From: Octopus sinensis
Taxonomy: Eukaryota
Length of the DNA stretch: 64,000 bases
NCBI RefSeq assembly: GCF_006345805.1
Contig: NC_043001.1
Span: forward strand, 73,780,001-73,844,000
Reading direction: 5' to 3'
Shown here piece by piece: positions 52,420 through 64,000 of this stretch. Numbering within the stretch: the stretch's first letter is position 1; each line of letters begins with the position of its first letter. Position numbers and translations under genes: made by a program. Under the pieces are notes generated by a model. That model saw only the letters and a program-made list of their open reading frames with translations. It had not been told where the DNA came from and ran no database searches.

Positions 52420-52690
52420 TCATTGTAATTTATCATTAACATCACCATCGTTGCCACCACTACCATCATCGCTAACACCATCATCTTTATCATATCACCA
52501 TCACCACCATTGCCATCATCTTTTTCACTGCCATCACCATCATCATACACCACCACTACCATCATCATCATCATCATCATCACTAGTACCATCATTGTCA
52601 ACATCATCACCACTACCATAAGCATCATCTTTGTCACTGCCATCCCCATTATCACCACTACACCACCACCACCATGTCGTCATATTTTCC
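52420..52690. repeat. Imperfect (CAT/CAC)n trinucleotide region
   Basis: catcatcatcat and caccaccac runs that generate spurious His/Asp/Met-rich ORFs. Confidence 0.9.
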
Positions 52691-54503
52691 TGCAGCTTCT
52701 TCTCATTAAAACAGATCCATTTTATTTCTGTTTTTGGCACAATGGTGTCATTGCTTACTTTGGTTCAATTTAGCAAGGAAATGCACACAAATATCTAATT
52801 GTGTTGACATTACTTGCCTAGTTCTGCTCTAGTAGTTATTAGTATAACTCAAATGTTTGCACTTTACTACAGATATCTGTTTACCATTTTCACCAGTGGC
52901 TGTCATCATCATCATTATTATTTATTATTTTTGTCTGTAGATTTGAATTTCCTGCTTTGAATAGAAATTTCATAATTTAATATTTAAAAAAATATTTCAA
53001 ATTGATATATGCACTTATTTGTACTTAAATTCCCAGCATGTAATTAAGTTTTAATTGAAGGGATTTTTCTATTTAGAAGAGTAAAATGGATAAACTGTTT
53101 CATGTGTTAAAGAATAATTAAATTTTACATAAAGTTAACAAGAACATTCACATAGGTTGTGAATGATCATATTCTGTTGCATTTTATCTTTTTAATAGCT
53201 GCATGGTTAAGAAACTTGCTTTTTGACCATGTGGTCTCAGGTTCAGTCTCACTGCATAGTGCCTTGAGCAAATGTCTTCTACTTTAACCCTGGGTCAAAC
53301 AGTAAAAGGAAAGAGAAACCCATTGTATATAGCATCATCATTACATCATCATCATCAACATTTAATGTCTGTTTCCCATGCTGGCATGGGTTGGATGGCT
53401 TGATAGGATCTAGTGAGTCAGAGGACTGCATCTAGCACTAATGTCTGCTGTAGCATGGTTTCTGTGGCTGGATATCCTTCCTAATCCCAACTGCTTTACA
53501 GAATGTATTGAATGCTATTAAATGGCACCAGCACTAGTGAGGTCACCAAGTGACCTCCAAGATCAAACTCCTTGACTGAAGAGTGTGTATTTGTGTGTGT
53601 GTGTGTATAACACCCTTGACTATTGGAGTGTTATCTTCCCAAACCCCCTGCTATAGGTGAAAATCTGTGAAGTAGAAACAGTACTGTATATCTTTAAAAT
53701 TATTTTTATAATTTGTATATATTTACTGTATTATAAATATAAACTATACCACAGGAATGTTTTCATCCTGGTATCAATCTACATGTGTACCAGTTGGCAG
53801 CCTTTCACTTGGACGAAAATTGGTAGAATTAATAAGGGAGACTGCCATGCATGGAGTAATTGGCAGCTTTCTTCAAAAACGCACCTCAGACTGGGTCCCT
53901 GCCAGTCTGTCATAGATGGTATCTTCAGAAAGTCTAGAAACGATTTCTGATTGTTAGATGAAATGGAGTGTGTGAAATTGTATTTCCTGTTCTATAGAGA
54001 ATGAAACCCTTGCAATGGAATTGAAATCCAGACCATGTAGCTAGCAAAACAATACTGTACATACTCAGGCCTTTCATTTTTGCAAAATTGTCTGTCTAAC
54101 CTCATCTTCTATATTACAATATTGTCATTGTGTCCATTGTGTCATTATACTACAGTGATTGTCATGGACAATGTATGTCAATATATTTAAAGTATTTCAT
54201 AGTTCGGGGAAGTCATCGGCATATTTCAAGTGGGTTCTCTCCTTTTATGTACTGGATTTTAGAGGTTAAAAATATTGCTGTTAATCTCATTAAATTAATG
54301 GTGTACATTTTCCATTTAAAAGAATAGGCGATATCAAAAATACTACTTAATCACTTGGTAAAAATTAAAATCTAATCATTCACTTTAATCTGAGCAAATT
54401 ATATTAGATCAATTAAATGATTAGTAAAACATATATATATATCTGTATGTATGTATATACACACACACACACATATATATATGTGTGTATCAATCATATA
54501 ATA

Positions 54504-54547
<44 letters not shown>

Positions 54548-54753
54548 CATATATACATAAGTATACGTACATACTTACATGTATACATATGCATATGTGG
54601 GCACAGGACGTCACAAAACATAAACAAAACAAAAATACGAAGTACGAGGACATGGAATAAGGGCATTTTTTGCAAGCAAAATCCTGTGTCCACATGTATG
54701 TGTGTGAGCATGTAAGTATGTACATATATGTATGTATATATGCATATATAATT

Positions 54754-54784
<31 letters not shown>

Positions 54785-55066
54785 ATTATATATATATATA
54801 ACAAAGTAGAGTTATAAGGTACCGCATGAGTCGAAATATATATGAAAGAAGGTTTGAAAATGCAATTTTAAAGATGTTTATTCACTTGACTTGTTTCACT
54901 TTTTAGAAAAGGATTGTCAAAAGTAAAAGGTAAAGCTTTGTATAAGCTTTGTTGTGTTAAGTACTGGTTATCACAAAAGTATTAAAATACATAAATACAT
55001 TCTTTGATAATAGTAAGAAAATGTTAAAAACAGTTTACAATAAAGTATTTAAAAAAATATTCAACA

Positions 55067-55151
55067 AAAAGTATTAGAAGTTCAATAAAAATCATGTTTG
55101 TTAGGTATACTAACAAACAAACATGAATTTTATTGAACTCCTAATACTTTT
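55067..55151. other. 85-bp near-perfect inverted repeat
   Basis: aaaagtattagaagttcaataaaaatcatgtttgttag pairs with ctaac[aaac]aaacatgaattttattgaactcctaatactttt; 2 mismatches, one 4-nt bulge, 5-nt loop. Confidence 0.9.
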
Positions 55152-55444
55152 AGTATCCTATATCTCTCTCCACTCTTACACACTCAATAATACTATAAAA
55201 AGAGACGAATCCCCTCTGAAGAATCTACTAGATTATAAAAACATGTGACATATTAATAAAAATTTGTAAATGTACACCCATCAAGATTTCTGAGTACCTT
55301 ATTTTTTTAAATATATAATACCTGCACATCACCTCCAAACCTTCTAATATATATATCCTTTTAGTAGAACCCCTTGTACGGATAAGTATTGCACTGTATG
55401 TAGATTTAGCCCACAAACAAACTGTAAAGCCAGAAATGTAGTCT

Positions 55445-55463
55445 ATAGTATAAGATGTATATA

Positions 55464-55496
<33 letters not shown>

Positions 55497-55514
55497 GTAA
55501 TATACATATATATA

Positions 55515-55546
<32 letters not shown>

Positions 55547-56842
55547 CATATGTATATATGTATATATACATATGTATATATACATATGTATATGTATATG
55601 TATATATAGATATGTATATATGTATATGTATATATGTATATATGTATATATATATATGTATATATGTATATATACATATGTATATATGTATATATATATA
55701 TATATATACATATGTATATATGTATATATACATATGTATATATACATATATATATACATATACAGGAGTGGCTGTGTGGTAAGTAGCTTGTTTACCAACC
55801 ACACAGTTCCGGGTTCAGTCCCACTGTGTGGCACCTTGGGCAAGTGTCTTCTACTATAGCCTCGGGCCAACCAAAGCCTTGTGAGTGGATTTGGTAGACG
55901 GAAACTGAAAGAAGCCCGTCGTATATATGTATATATATATATATATGCGTATGTGTGTTTGTGTGTCTGTGTTTGTCCCCCTAGCATTGCTTGACAACCG
56001 ATGCTGGTGTGTTTATGTCCCCGTTACTTGGCGGTTCGGCAAAAGAGAACGATAGAATAAGTACTGGGCTTACAAAAGAATAAGTCCCGGGGTCAAGGTG
56101 CTCGATTAAAGGCGGTGCTCCAGCATGGCCGCAGTCATATGACTGAAACAAGTAAAAGAGTAAAAGAGTAAAGAGTATATACATATGTATATATGTATAT
56201 ATACATATGTATATATGTATATATACATATGTATATATGTATATATACATATGTATACATACATATGTATATATGTATATATACATATGTATATATGTAT
56301 ATGTATATATACATATGTATACATACATATGTATATATGTATATATACATATGCATATATGTATATGTATATATGTATATATACATATGTATACATACAT
56401 ATGTATATATGTATATATACATATGTATATATGTATATATGCATATGTATATATGTATATACATATGTATATATGTAAATACATATGTATATATGTATAT
56501 ACATATGTATATACATATGTATATATGTATATACATATGTATATATGTATATATATATATATATTTATATATATGTATATATGTGTATATACATATACAT
56601 ATATATATATGTGTATATACATATATATATATGTATATACACACACACACACATATGTATGTATCTATATATATATGTATATATATATATACACATGTAT
56701 GTATATATATATACATGTGTATGTATATATATGTACATATGTATATTATATATGTATATATATATATATATATAATATATATATATATATGTATATGTAT
56801 ATATAATTATATATATATTATATATATATATATATATGTGTG

Positions 56843-56876
<34 letters not shown>

Positions 56877-56924
56877 CATATGTTGTATATATATATATAT
56901 ATAATATGTATATATATATGTATA

Positions 56925-56962
<38 letters not shown>

Positions 56963-57095
56963 TTCCTGAGCGCCATATAATACATTTCGTTTGTTTACCT
57001 GCCTTCGTCTTTTGTTTTGTTCAATAAAGCTTCCCGTTATATGTATATATATATAATATATAATATATATATATATATATATAGATATATATATA

Positions 57096-57185
<90 letters not shown>

Positions 57186-57880
57186 TGTATATATATATAT
57201 ATATACATATGTTGTATATATATATATATCTATATATATATATGTATATATATATATTATATATATTGTGTGTATATATATATATATGGTATATATATAT
57301 ATGTATATATATATATGCATATGTATATATATATGTATGTATATATAGTATATATATATATATATATTATATATATGTATATATATATGTGTATATATAT
57401 ATGTATCTATATATATATATATGTATTATATATTATATATGTATGTATGTATATATATATTATATATATGACATATGTATGTATATATATATATATATAT
57501 GTATGTATATATATATGCATATATGTAATATATTATATATATATGTATATATATATATGCATATATATGTATATATATATGCATATGTATGTATATAATA
57601 TATATAATGTATATATATATGCATATGTATATATATATATGTATGTATATGTATATAATATATATAATGTATATATATATATATTATATATATATATATT
57701 GCATATGTATGTATATTATATATATATTATGTATATATATATGCATATATATGTATATATATATGCATATGTATGTATATATATATGCATATGTATGTAT
57801 ATATATATGCATATGTATGTATATATATATTGTATGTATATATATAATATGCATATGTATGTATATATATGTATATATTC

Positions 57881-57929
<49 letters not shown>

Positions 57930-58790
57930 CATATGTATATATGTATATATATATACATATGTATATATATATTATATGTATATATATATATGTATATATA
58001 TATACATATGTATATATGTATATAATATACATATGTATATATGTATATATATATACATATGTATATATGTATATATATATACATATGTATATATGTATAT
58101 ATATATACATATGTATATATGTATATATATATACATATGTATATATGTATATATATATACATATGTATATTGTATATATATATATACATATGTATATATT
58201 ATATATATATATACATATTATATATGTTATATATATACATATGTAATATATATGTATATATGTATATATAATACATATGTATATATATATATATATATAC
58301 ATATGTATATATGTATATATATATATATGCATATGTATGTATATATACATATGTTATATGTATATGTATGTATATATATATACATATGTATGTATGTATG
58401 TATTATATATGTATATATATATACATATGGGTAAGTGTGAGAAGCCAGATCTTGACATATATACATACATATGTATGTATATATGTATATATATATATAT
58501 ACACATATGTATGTATATATATACATATGTATGTATATATATATAATATATATACATATGTATGTATGTATGTATATATATATATATATACATATGTATG
58601 TATGTATGTATATATATATATATATACATATGTATGTATGTATGTATATATATATACATATGTATGTATATATGTATATATATATATATATAATATACAC
58701 ATGTATGTATATATATACATATGTATGTATGAATAAGTATGCATGGGCGTGCGCGCACGCGCGCACACACACACACACACCACACACACA
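55445..58790. repeat. Compound (TA)n / CATATG satellite with 22-24 bp higher-order units
   Basis: Almost uninterrupted purine-pyrimidine alternation; three tandem ACATATGTATATATGTATATAT units at 56181-56246. Interrupted by SINE-A, a ~75 bp island (~56961-57035) and a 30-bp insert. All Y/I/M/C/H-rich ORFs here are artefacts. Confidence 0.97.
55763..56176 (+). mobile_element. SINE family A, youngest full copy (tRNA-like head, ccttgggcaagt core, internal TA/GT tract, (AAAAGAGT)n tail)
   Basis: CpG-rich and complete. Other copies (approx.): + at 9500, 15020-15480, 32140-32700, 38967-39350, 53195-53320, 59462-59860, 61095-61500; - at 995-1155, 8175-8290, 13325-13470, 14505-14636, 18625-18750, 31368-31515, 35177-35315, 40585-41012, 41275-41525, 46238-46660, 49305-49903. 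Confidence 0.85.
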
Positions 58791-59282
58791 CACAAAGAGG
58801 AATGGTAGGAATGGTATTTGTGCTGAAACCATAGTGTATTGTTTCTGGATGGAAGATATATGTTTGCAGCATGGAAGGTGTTTATAAGCCATTTAAGAAA
58901 CACACAAAACCGTTAGATTCACTTCAACATTTAAATTTAATTTGTCAAAATATTTTCGTCGCTTTGAGACCGCGACCTGTTCACTGACAAAATTCCATGT
59001 TGCATGTATATGTTTGAGAATTAAAAAAATGTTTGTTTTTAAGTCATGCCATGTGACGATTACATGCAATAATATTTTTTATCATATTGAGAAATGTGAA
59101 AGTTTTGAGAAATATGAGGAATTTGCTATTGATTTGAAATATTTGTTAATGGCTCCAAATAGTTTCAAGAACATAAAGCTGGGAGAAATGCCACTTAACA
59201 TTTTGTGGAACGCACTGATGATTCTGCCAGCTTGCCACATAGAATTTTCTGTAAATGACTCCTCTTGCTATCTCACCTTTCT

Positions 59283-59905
59283 AACCATTTAGTATTCAGG
59301 TTACCCTGTCAGATAATAACACCTATCTATTCACATTGTTTTGAATTAATCATGCATTATCTTGTATCTTTGAGATTTCAGTGATGTGTTTTATATATTT
59401 TTATATATTATCCTGATATTGTTGGGTAAGTGTGAGAAGCCAGATCTTGACAGTTTGAACATAGGCACAGGTGTGGGTGTGTGATAAGAAGCTTGTTTCC
59501 CAACCACATGGTTCCGCATTCAATCCCACTGCATGGCGCCTTGGGCAAGTGCTTTCTACTATAGCTTGGCTGACCAAAGCCTTGTGAGTGGATTTGGTAG
59601 ATGGAAACTGAAAGAAGCCCATTGTGTGTGTGTGTATTTGTGTCTGTGTTTGTCCCCTCACCCCCATCACTTGACAACCAGTGTTGGTGTGTTTGCATCC
59701 CCGTAACTTTGTGGTTCAACAAAAGAGACTGATAGAATAAGTGCCAGGCTTGCAAAGAATAAGTTCTAGGGTTGATTTCTTCAACTAAAAGGCAGTGCTC
59801 CAGCATGGCCACAAACAAGTAAAACAAGTAAAAGAAACAAATAAAAGAATAAAAGAATAGAATATTTGAGTGTAGAATATTTTGGGCTGGATATAGTTAG
59901 TTTTA
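59283..59905. mobile_element. TTAA MITE interrupted by a full SINE-A copy (~59462-59860)
   Basis: The MITE body stops at gtttgaacata, a SINE with head and tail follows, and the MITE resumes at agaatattt...ttttaatgct. Confidence 0.7.
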
Positions 59906-61999
59906 ATGCTCAAGAGTCGATGTTGTTGCTGTCTTCATCTTCTGTTTCTCTGAATTTGCAAATTATTGTTATGTGAGAGTGTGCTGTATTTGAAGCTATT
60001 CTAATTGTAAGGCCTTTGTTTGTTTCCATAGCTAACAATTGTTGTGATCAGGTGTCTTCTGGAACTTGTGCCCCTTTTTTTAAGTGCATTGTGTGTGTAT
60101 GGTACAAGGCCATCAATTTTAAGGAGAAGGGGTAGTTGATTACATCAGCCACAGTGCTCAACTGGCACTTATTTTATCCACTCCCAAAAAGAATAAAAGA
60201 CAAAATTGATCTTGAAGGCATTTGAACACGGAATGCAAAACAACCTGAAGAAATGCTGCTAAGCTTTCTGTCCATCGTGGTTACAATCTTCACAGCTCAC
60301 TATCCCCAAAAGCTAAAGAAAAGTGAGTTATTGCTGTTACTTGATGAGAGTAAAGCTTGTTAATAACTTGTTAGTATTCAGTTTCTAGTGTCTAATTCAG
60401 TCATTTACTGTCTAATTTTAGTCAGTTATCAGAAATAGAGGTGAAGATGGGAATGGCAGAATTAGAACAGATTAACGTAACAGAGAGATAGAGAGAACAA
60501 GAGAGGGTGGAGGGAGAAATTGTGATGTGTGCATGAAACTTCCTTTCATATTCTGAGTGTTCATTAAATTTGTAAACTCAGTGAATAACTTCACATAATT
60601 TTGTTTTTTTTAAATTTTTTTTTTTACCTTCTCCAAGTTGAATATATTGCATTTAAAGGACATTAAAGTTGGCAGAATCAATACAGGATTGTGTATATAT
60701 TTTGTCTTTTTGTTCATAAGTTTAAGCATCTGTAAATCATTAGTCCTTGACCTAGGCGTTAAGTTCTTCCTTGCGGTATTATGAACTTGTGTCATTATCA
60801 TCATTTAATGTCCATGTTCCATGCTGGCAGGGAGGAGGAGAGTAAATGTTAAAGGGTGCTTTGGATGAGGTGCTGAATGGGAAGGCTGTGAGTTTTTTTA
60901 GATATAAATTATTAAGATCATGTTCAATTGTTTTATTTGAAACACATTTTCATAAAATTATTTTGGGGGATTAAAATACAAATAAGACTGTGTTATCAGT
61001 GAGTAGAAGCATGATTGACAATATGTTAATGTCCAACATCATTTTGTTATATAAAGTCCTTGCTTTCTTTAGTAATATGTATAAAAACTTTAATATAGGT
61101 GCAGGAGTGGCTGTATGGTAAGAAGTTTGCTTCCCAATCACATGGTTCTGAGTTCAGTTCCACTGCTTAGCAACTTGTTTAACTGTTTTCTACTACACCC
61201 TCAGGCTGACTAAACCCTTGTGAGTGGATTTAGTAGATGGAAACTAAAAGAAAACTATCGTGTGTGTGTCCGTCCTTGTGTCTGTGTTTGTCTCCTGCTC
61301 CCTTACCTCTTGAGAGCTAGTGTTGGTGTATTTACGACCCTGTAACTTAGCAGTTTAACAAAAGAAACCAATTGTATAAGTACCAGGCTTAAAAAAAAAA
61401 AAGAAAACCACTAGGGTTGATTTGTTTGACTAAAATTCTTCAAAGTGGTGCCCCAGCATGACTGCAACTAATAACTGAAACAAAAAGTAAAGGATAAAAG
61501 AAAGGGGCACTCTGTTGCAAGCATTTAAGCTAGTTCTTCAGTTTGATGATACCTTTCCCTCTCCATTCTAGAGTCTTAAAGACCTGGTAGAGAATCATGG
61601 GTGCTACCTTCTCCTGACAGAGAAAAAAAATCATCATCATCATCATCATCATTTAACATACATACACGACACTTATTATTGTAAATGTTTTAACTAACCT
61701 ATACTATACACACACACATACAAATACATTCATATTTATATGTCTTGAGCTGTAGCTGTTATTCAAAGGGGCCAGCCTTGTCATATTCTGTGCGAGGCTG
61801 AATCTGCCCGAGAACTACATTAATAATATGCATGTCTGTAGAGTACTCAGCCATTTGTGAGTTAATTTTATCCTCGTGTGGTAATGAAAGGTGAAATTGA
61901 CAGCCAATATTTGCTGTGTCTGTGTATCTATGTAAGAACATTTCTTTGGATTTATGTATCTACTATCTCTCTTTCTCTTCCTTTATGTCCCTCTTCTCT

Positions 62000-62094
62000 C
62001 CCGCTTTTGATTTAGCAATGTGTATATGTATCTACTCTTGCAATGTGATAAACATTTAAAAACACAAAACAAACGCCGTCACCACTCAGTTTCT

Positions 62095-62140
<46 letters not shown>

Positions 62141-62600
62141 CTCTCTGTCCTCCTGTCTCTCGCGTTGCTACTTCTGTGAAGCGTGACGCACACAACAGGT
62201 ACATACAAAAACAAGCGTATTAAAATTATTGATAATAAAATGCTTGTAAATATCTAAAATAGTGGCACTTGCTGGAGAAGATAAACCACTGCACAAAATT
62301 TGCCATTTTTTGTATTTAGATAATCAGCTGTTTTAAAAATAAGAAATGAAAGATTAAAATAAAAAATGGTCGTAGACCTCCTGCTCTAAATTGCTGAAAT
62401 AACCCCGTGATTCAAATAATACCGCTCGCTATGTATAATAGAATAAAACAAATTATGTTGACCGTGAAATCAAAGAAAAAAAATTACCAAGAGTTATTTC
62501 CCTTGGATAACTTCAAATATTGTCATTAAATTGTTTCACTCTTTATCAAAACTGTTTGTTGGATGCGAGGCTGTCAGACAGTTACTAACGGAATAATTGA
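62000..62600 (+). promoter_or_regulatory. Candidate CpG-retaining internal promoter / non-coding first exon
   Basis: 14 CpGs counted in 62074-62590 outside any repeat I recognise, (CT)n tract ~62098-62132, TGACGCA at 62184-62190, donor-like CAG|gtacat with GT at 62199-62200. Confidence 0.35.
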
Positions 62601-63319
62601 TTTTGAGTTCCATCTTAGATTCTCAGTTCAAACTGCCCCTTGAACTTTTAAAAATCTAATAGCATAGAATAGGCTTGAAAAGCACGCAGATTTAATCTAC
62701 ATGTAAAATTCTTTAAATCACTGAGGACTTTGTAGGTAATAATAATAATAATTTTATTCACATACTTTGTTTTGCTGTATGTTATTATTCAGCCCAAGAT
62801 TAAATAGTTGTGTTGCTGTTTAATACTCCGTGGTCATCTTCAATCCTGCTCCTTTTAATCAAAAATGCTCTAGCTTTTACACCCCACTTTTTTTGTTGTT
62901 GGCAGAGTGCATCTATGACTATGTTTAGTATTATTTTTTAAGAGTATAGGATTTATTCTAATGGAGATTTAGCTGCTATTTCTAGCAGCTATGTTGAGCT
63001 TCTGTAATTGGATCAAGAATGGGAAATTGGTTTCAGGGATTTTCTTGTTTCGAGGAAGCCTCTTTGTGGTTGCTTATCCTGTTAGAAATAGCAGCCAAAT
63101 TTTCCTCATATCACATCCTTATATATTTTAATGCGAGAGAGAGAGAGAGAGAGAGATAATGTAGTCCCAGATATAGTGCATCCAATAAAATGAGATGGAA
63201 TGGTCACAGCTGGAATGTCTAGGTTGGCACATAGTTAATTTATTTGTTTATTTGAAGCTGTGATTCTACGTTCAAATCACATTGCAATCAATGATGCTCA
63301 TCATCTCTTCAGATTCACA

Positions 63320-63806
63320 CTTTATCATCGTCATCATCATCATCAACATCTTTTAATGATTCTTTTTCATGCTGGCAAAGATGGCAAAGCTGGAGAACTG
63401 CACCAGGTTTCAGTCTGTTGTAGCATGATTTGTACAGCTGGATGCCCTTTCTAAAACCAACCACTTTACAGTGTATGTTGGGTGCTTTTAATGTGATACC
63501 GGCATTACTACTTTTATGTGGCACCAACACTACTGCTTCTTATGTGGTAACTGCACAAGACACTTGCAGGTCAATTGTCTTCCCTAGGGTGTTTGGCTTT
63601 AACACTCCTGATGTGGAAGACGTGTCTTCTTGAGTACAGCAAGGCACCGGGTATCTCGGTCCTTTGTCATCTTGTCTGAAAGGTTCAGTATCCTGAGGTT
63701 GTCCTTTGGTACCTTGCCCTATGTCTTCTTGGGTCTCCCTCCTCCATGAGTTCCATCCACTTTGAGAAATCAACACTTCTTTATGGAGCTGTTGGTATCC
63801 ATCCAT
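63320..63806 (-). mobile_element. RTE LINE C-terminus plus tail
   Basis: Decayed GGGRPRKT..KDNLRILNLSDKMTKDRDT..LAVLKKT frame, then a 3' UTR ending in a gat-repeat tail near 63320. Confidence 0.7.
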
Positions 63807-64000
63807 ACATTAATAGAAATTATTTTTTGAGGTTTGTTTGCAGCTCCAGGTTGTCAGTGGTGATATAATGATCATTGGTAAATTTTAAAAGCAAAGTTTT
63901 CAGGGATGTATAAACATTTTTATTTATTTATTAAAACGCAAATTAGATAATTACTTTTACTCCAGAAATGAATAACAAACAGTGAAGAATTATCATGTAT

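Noticed and set aside
55763-55850. tRNA-like A/B-box sequence
   Set aside because: It is the head of a SINE with many diverged copies; no cloverleaf can be supported.
54399-58903. Many long Y/I/M/C/H-rich ORFs
   Set aside because: They are translations of TA/CA microsatellites, which lack stop codons in some frames.
63844-63877. AG/GT-bounded 34-nt segment reading LQVVSGDIMII, superficially like the PDZ GDRII motif
   Set aside because: Open only in phase 0; the required phase 1 gives a TGA stop, and the similarity is weak.

Overview
AT-rich eukaryotic intronic DNA. The repeat landscape (tRNA-derived SINEs, RTE tails ending in (GAT)n, very abundant CA/TA microsatellites) looks like an Octopus genome; this species call is inferred from memory, not searched. 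The window lies inside the 5' part of a + strand RGS-RhoGEF gene (ARHGEF11/12, RhoGEF2 orthologue group). Two coding exons are well supported, 20672-20757 and 36418-36516, and splice in frame to (R)LGSLRTVKDDQPVARKEAKPPIPVDSDS-GQLQRCVIIQKDEKGYGLTVSGDNPVFVQSVKP, the start of the PDZ domain. Neither the start-codon exon nor the next PDZ exon was found in the window. The rest is intron filled with a decayed Penelope-like element, three R4/Dong-like retroelement 3' ends, RTE and CR1-type LINE fragments, Tc1/mariner, hAT and piggyBac-like MITEs, two SINE families and a ~3.3 kb TA/CATATG satellite. Most ORFs in the supplied track are microsatellite or repeat artefacts. Best leads: (1) a CpG-retaining candidate internal promoter and first exon at ~62.0-62.6 kb that could give a PDZ-less isoform; (2) all three Dong-like insertions sit at (AAT)n tails of one SINE family; (3) hammerhead-ribozyme-like motifs; (4) a phase-compatible 9-nt microexon candidate; (5) a 30-bp templated insertion inside the TA satellite. 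Repeat boundaries are read by eye and approximate unless stated as exact.
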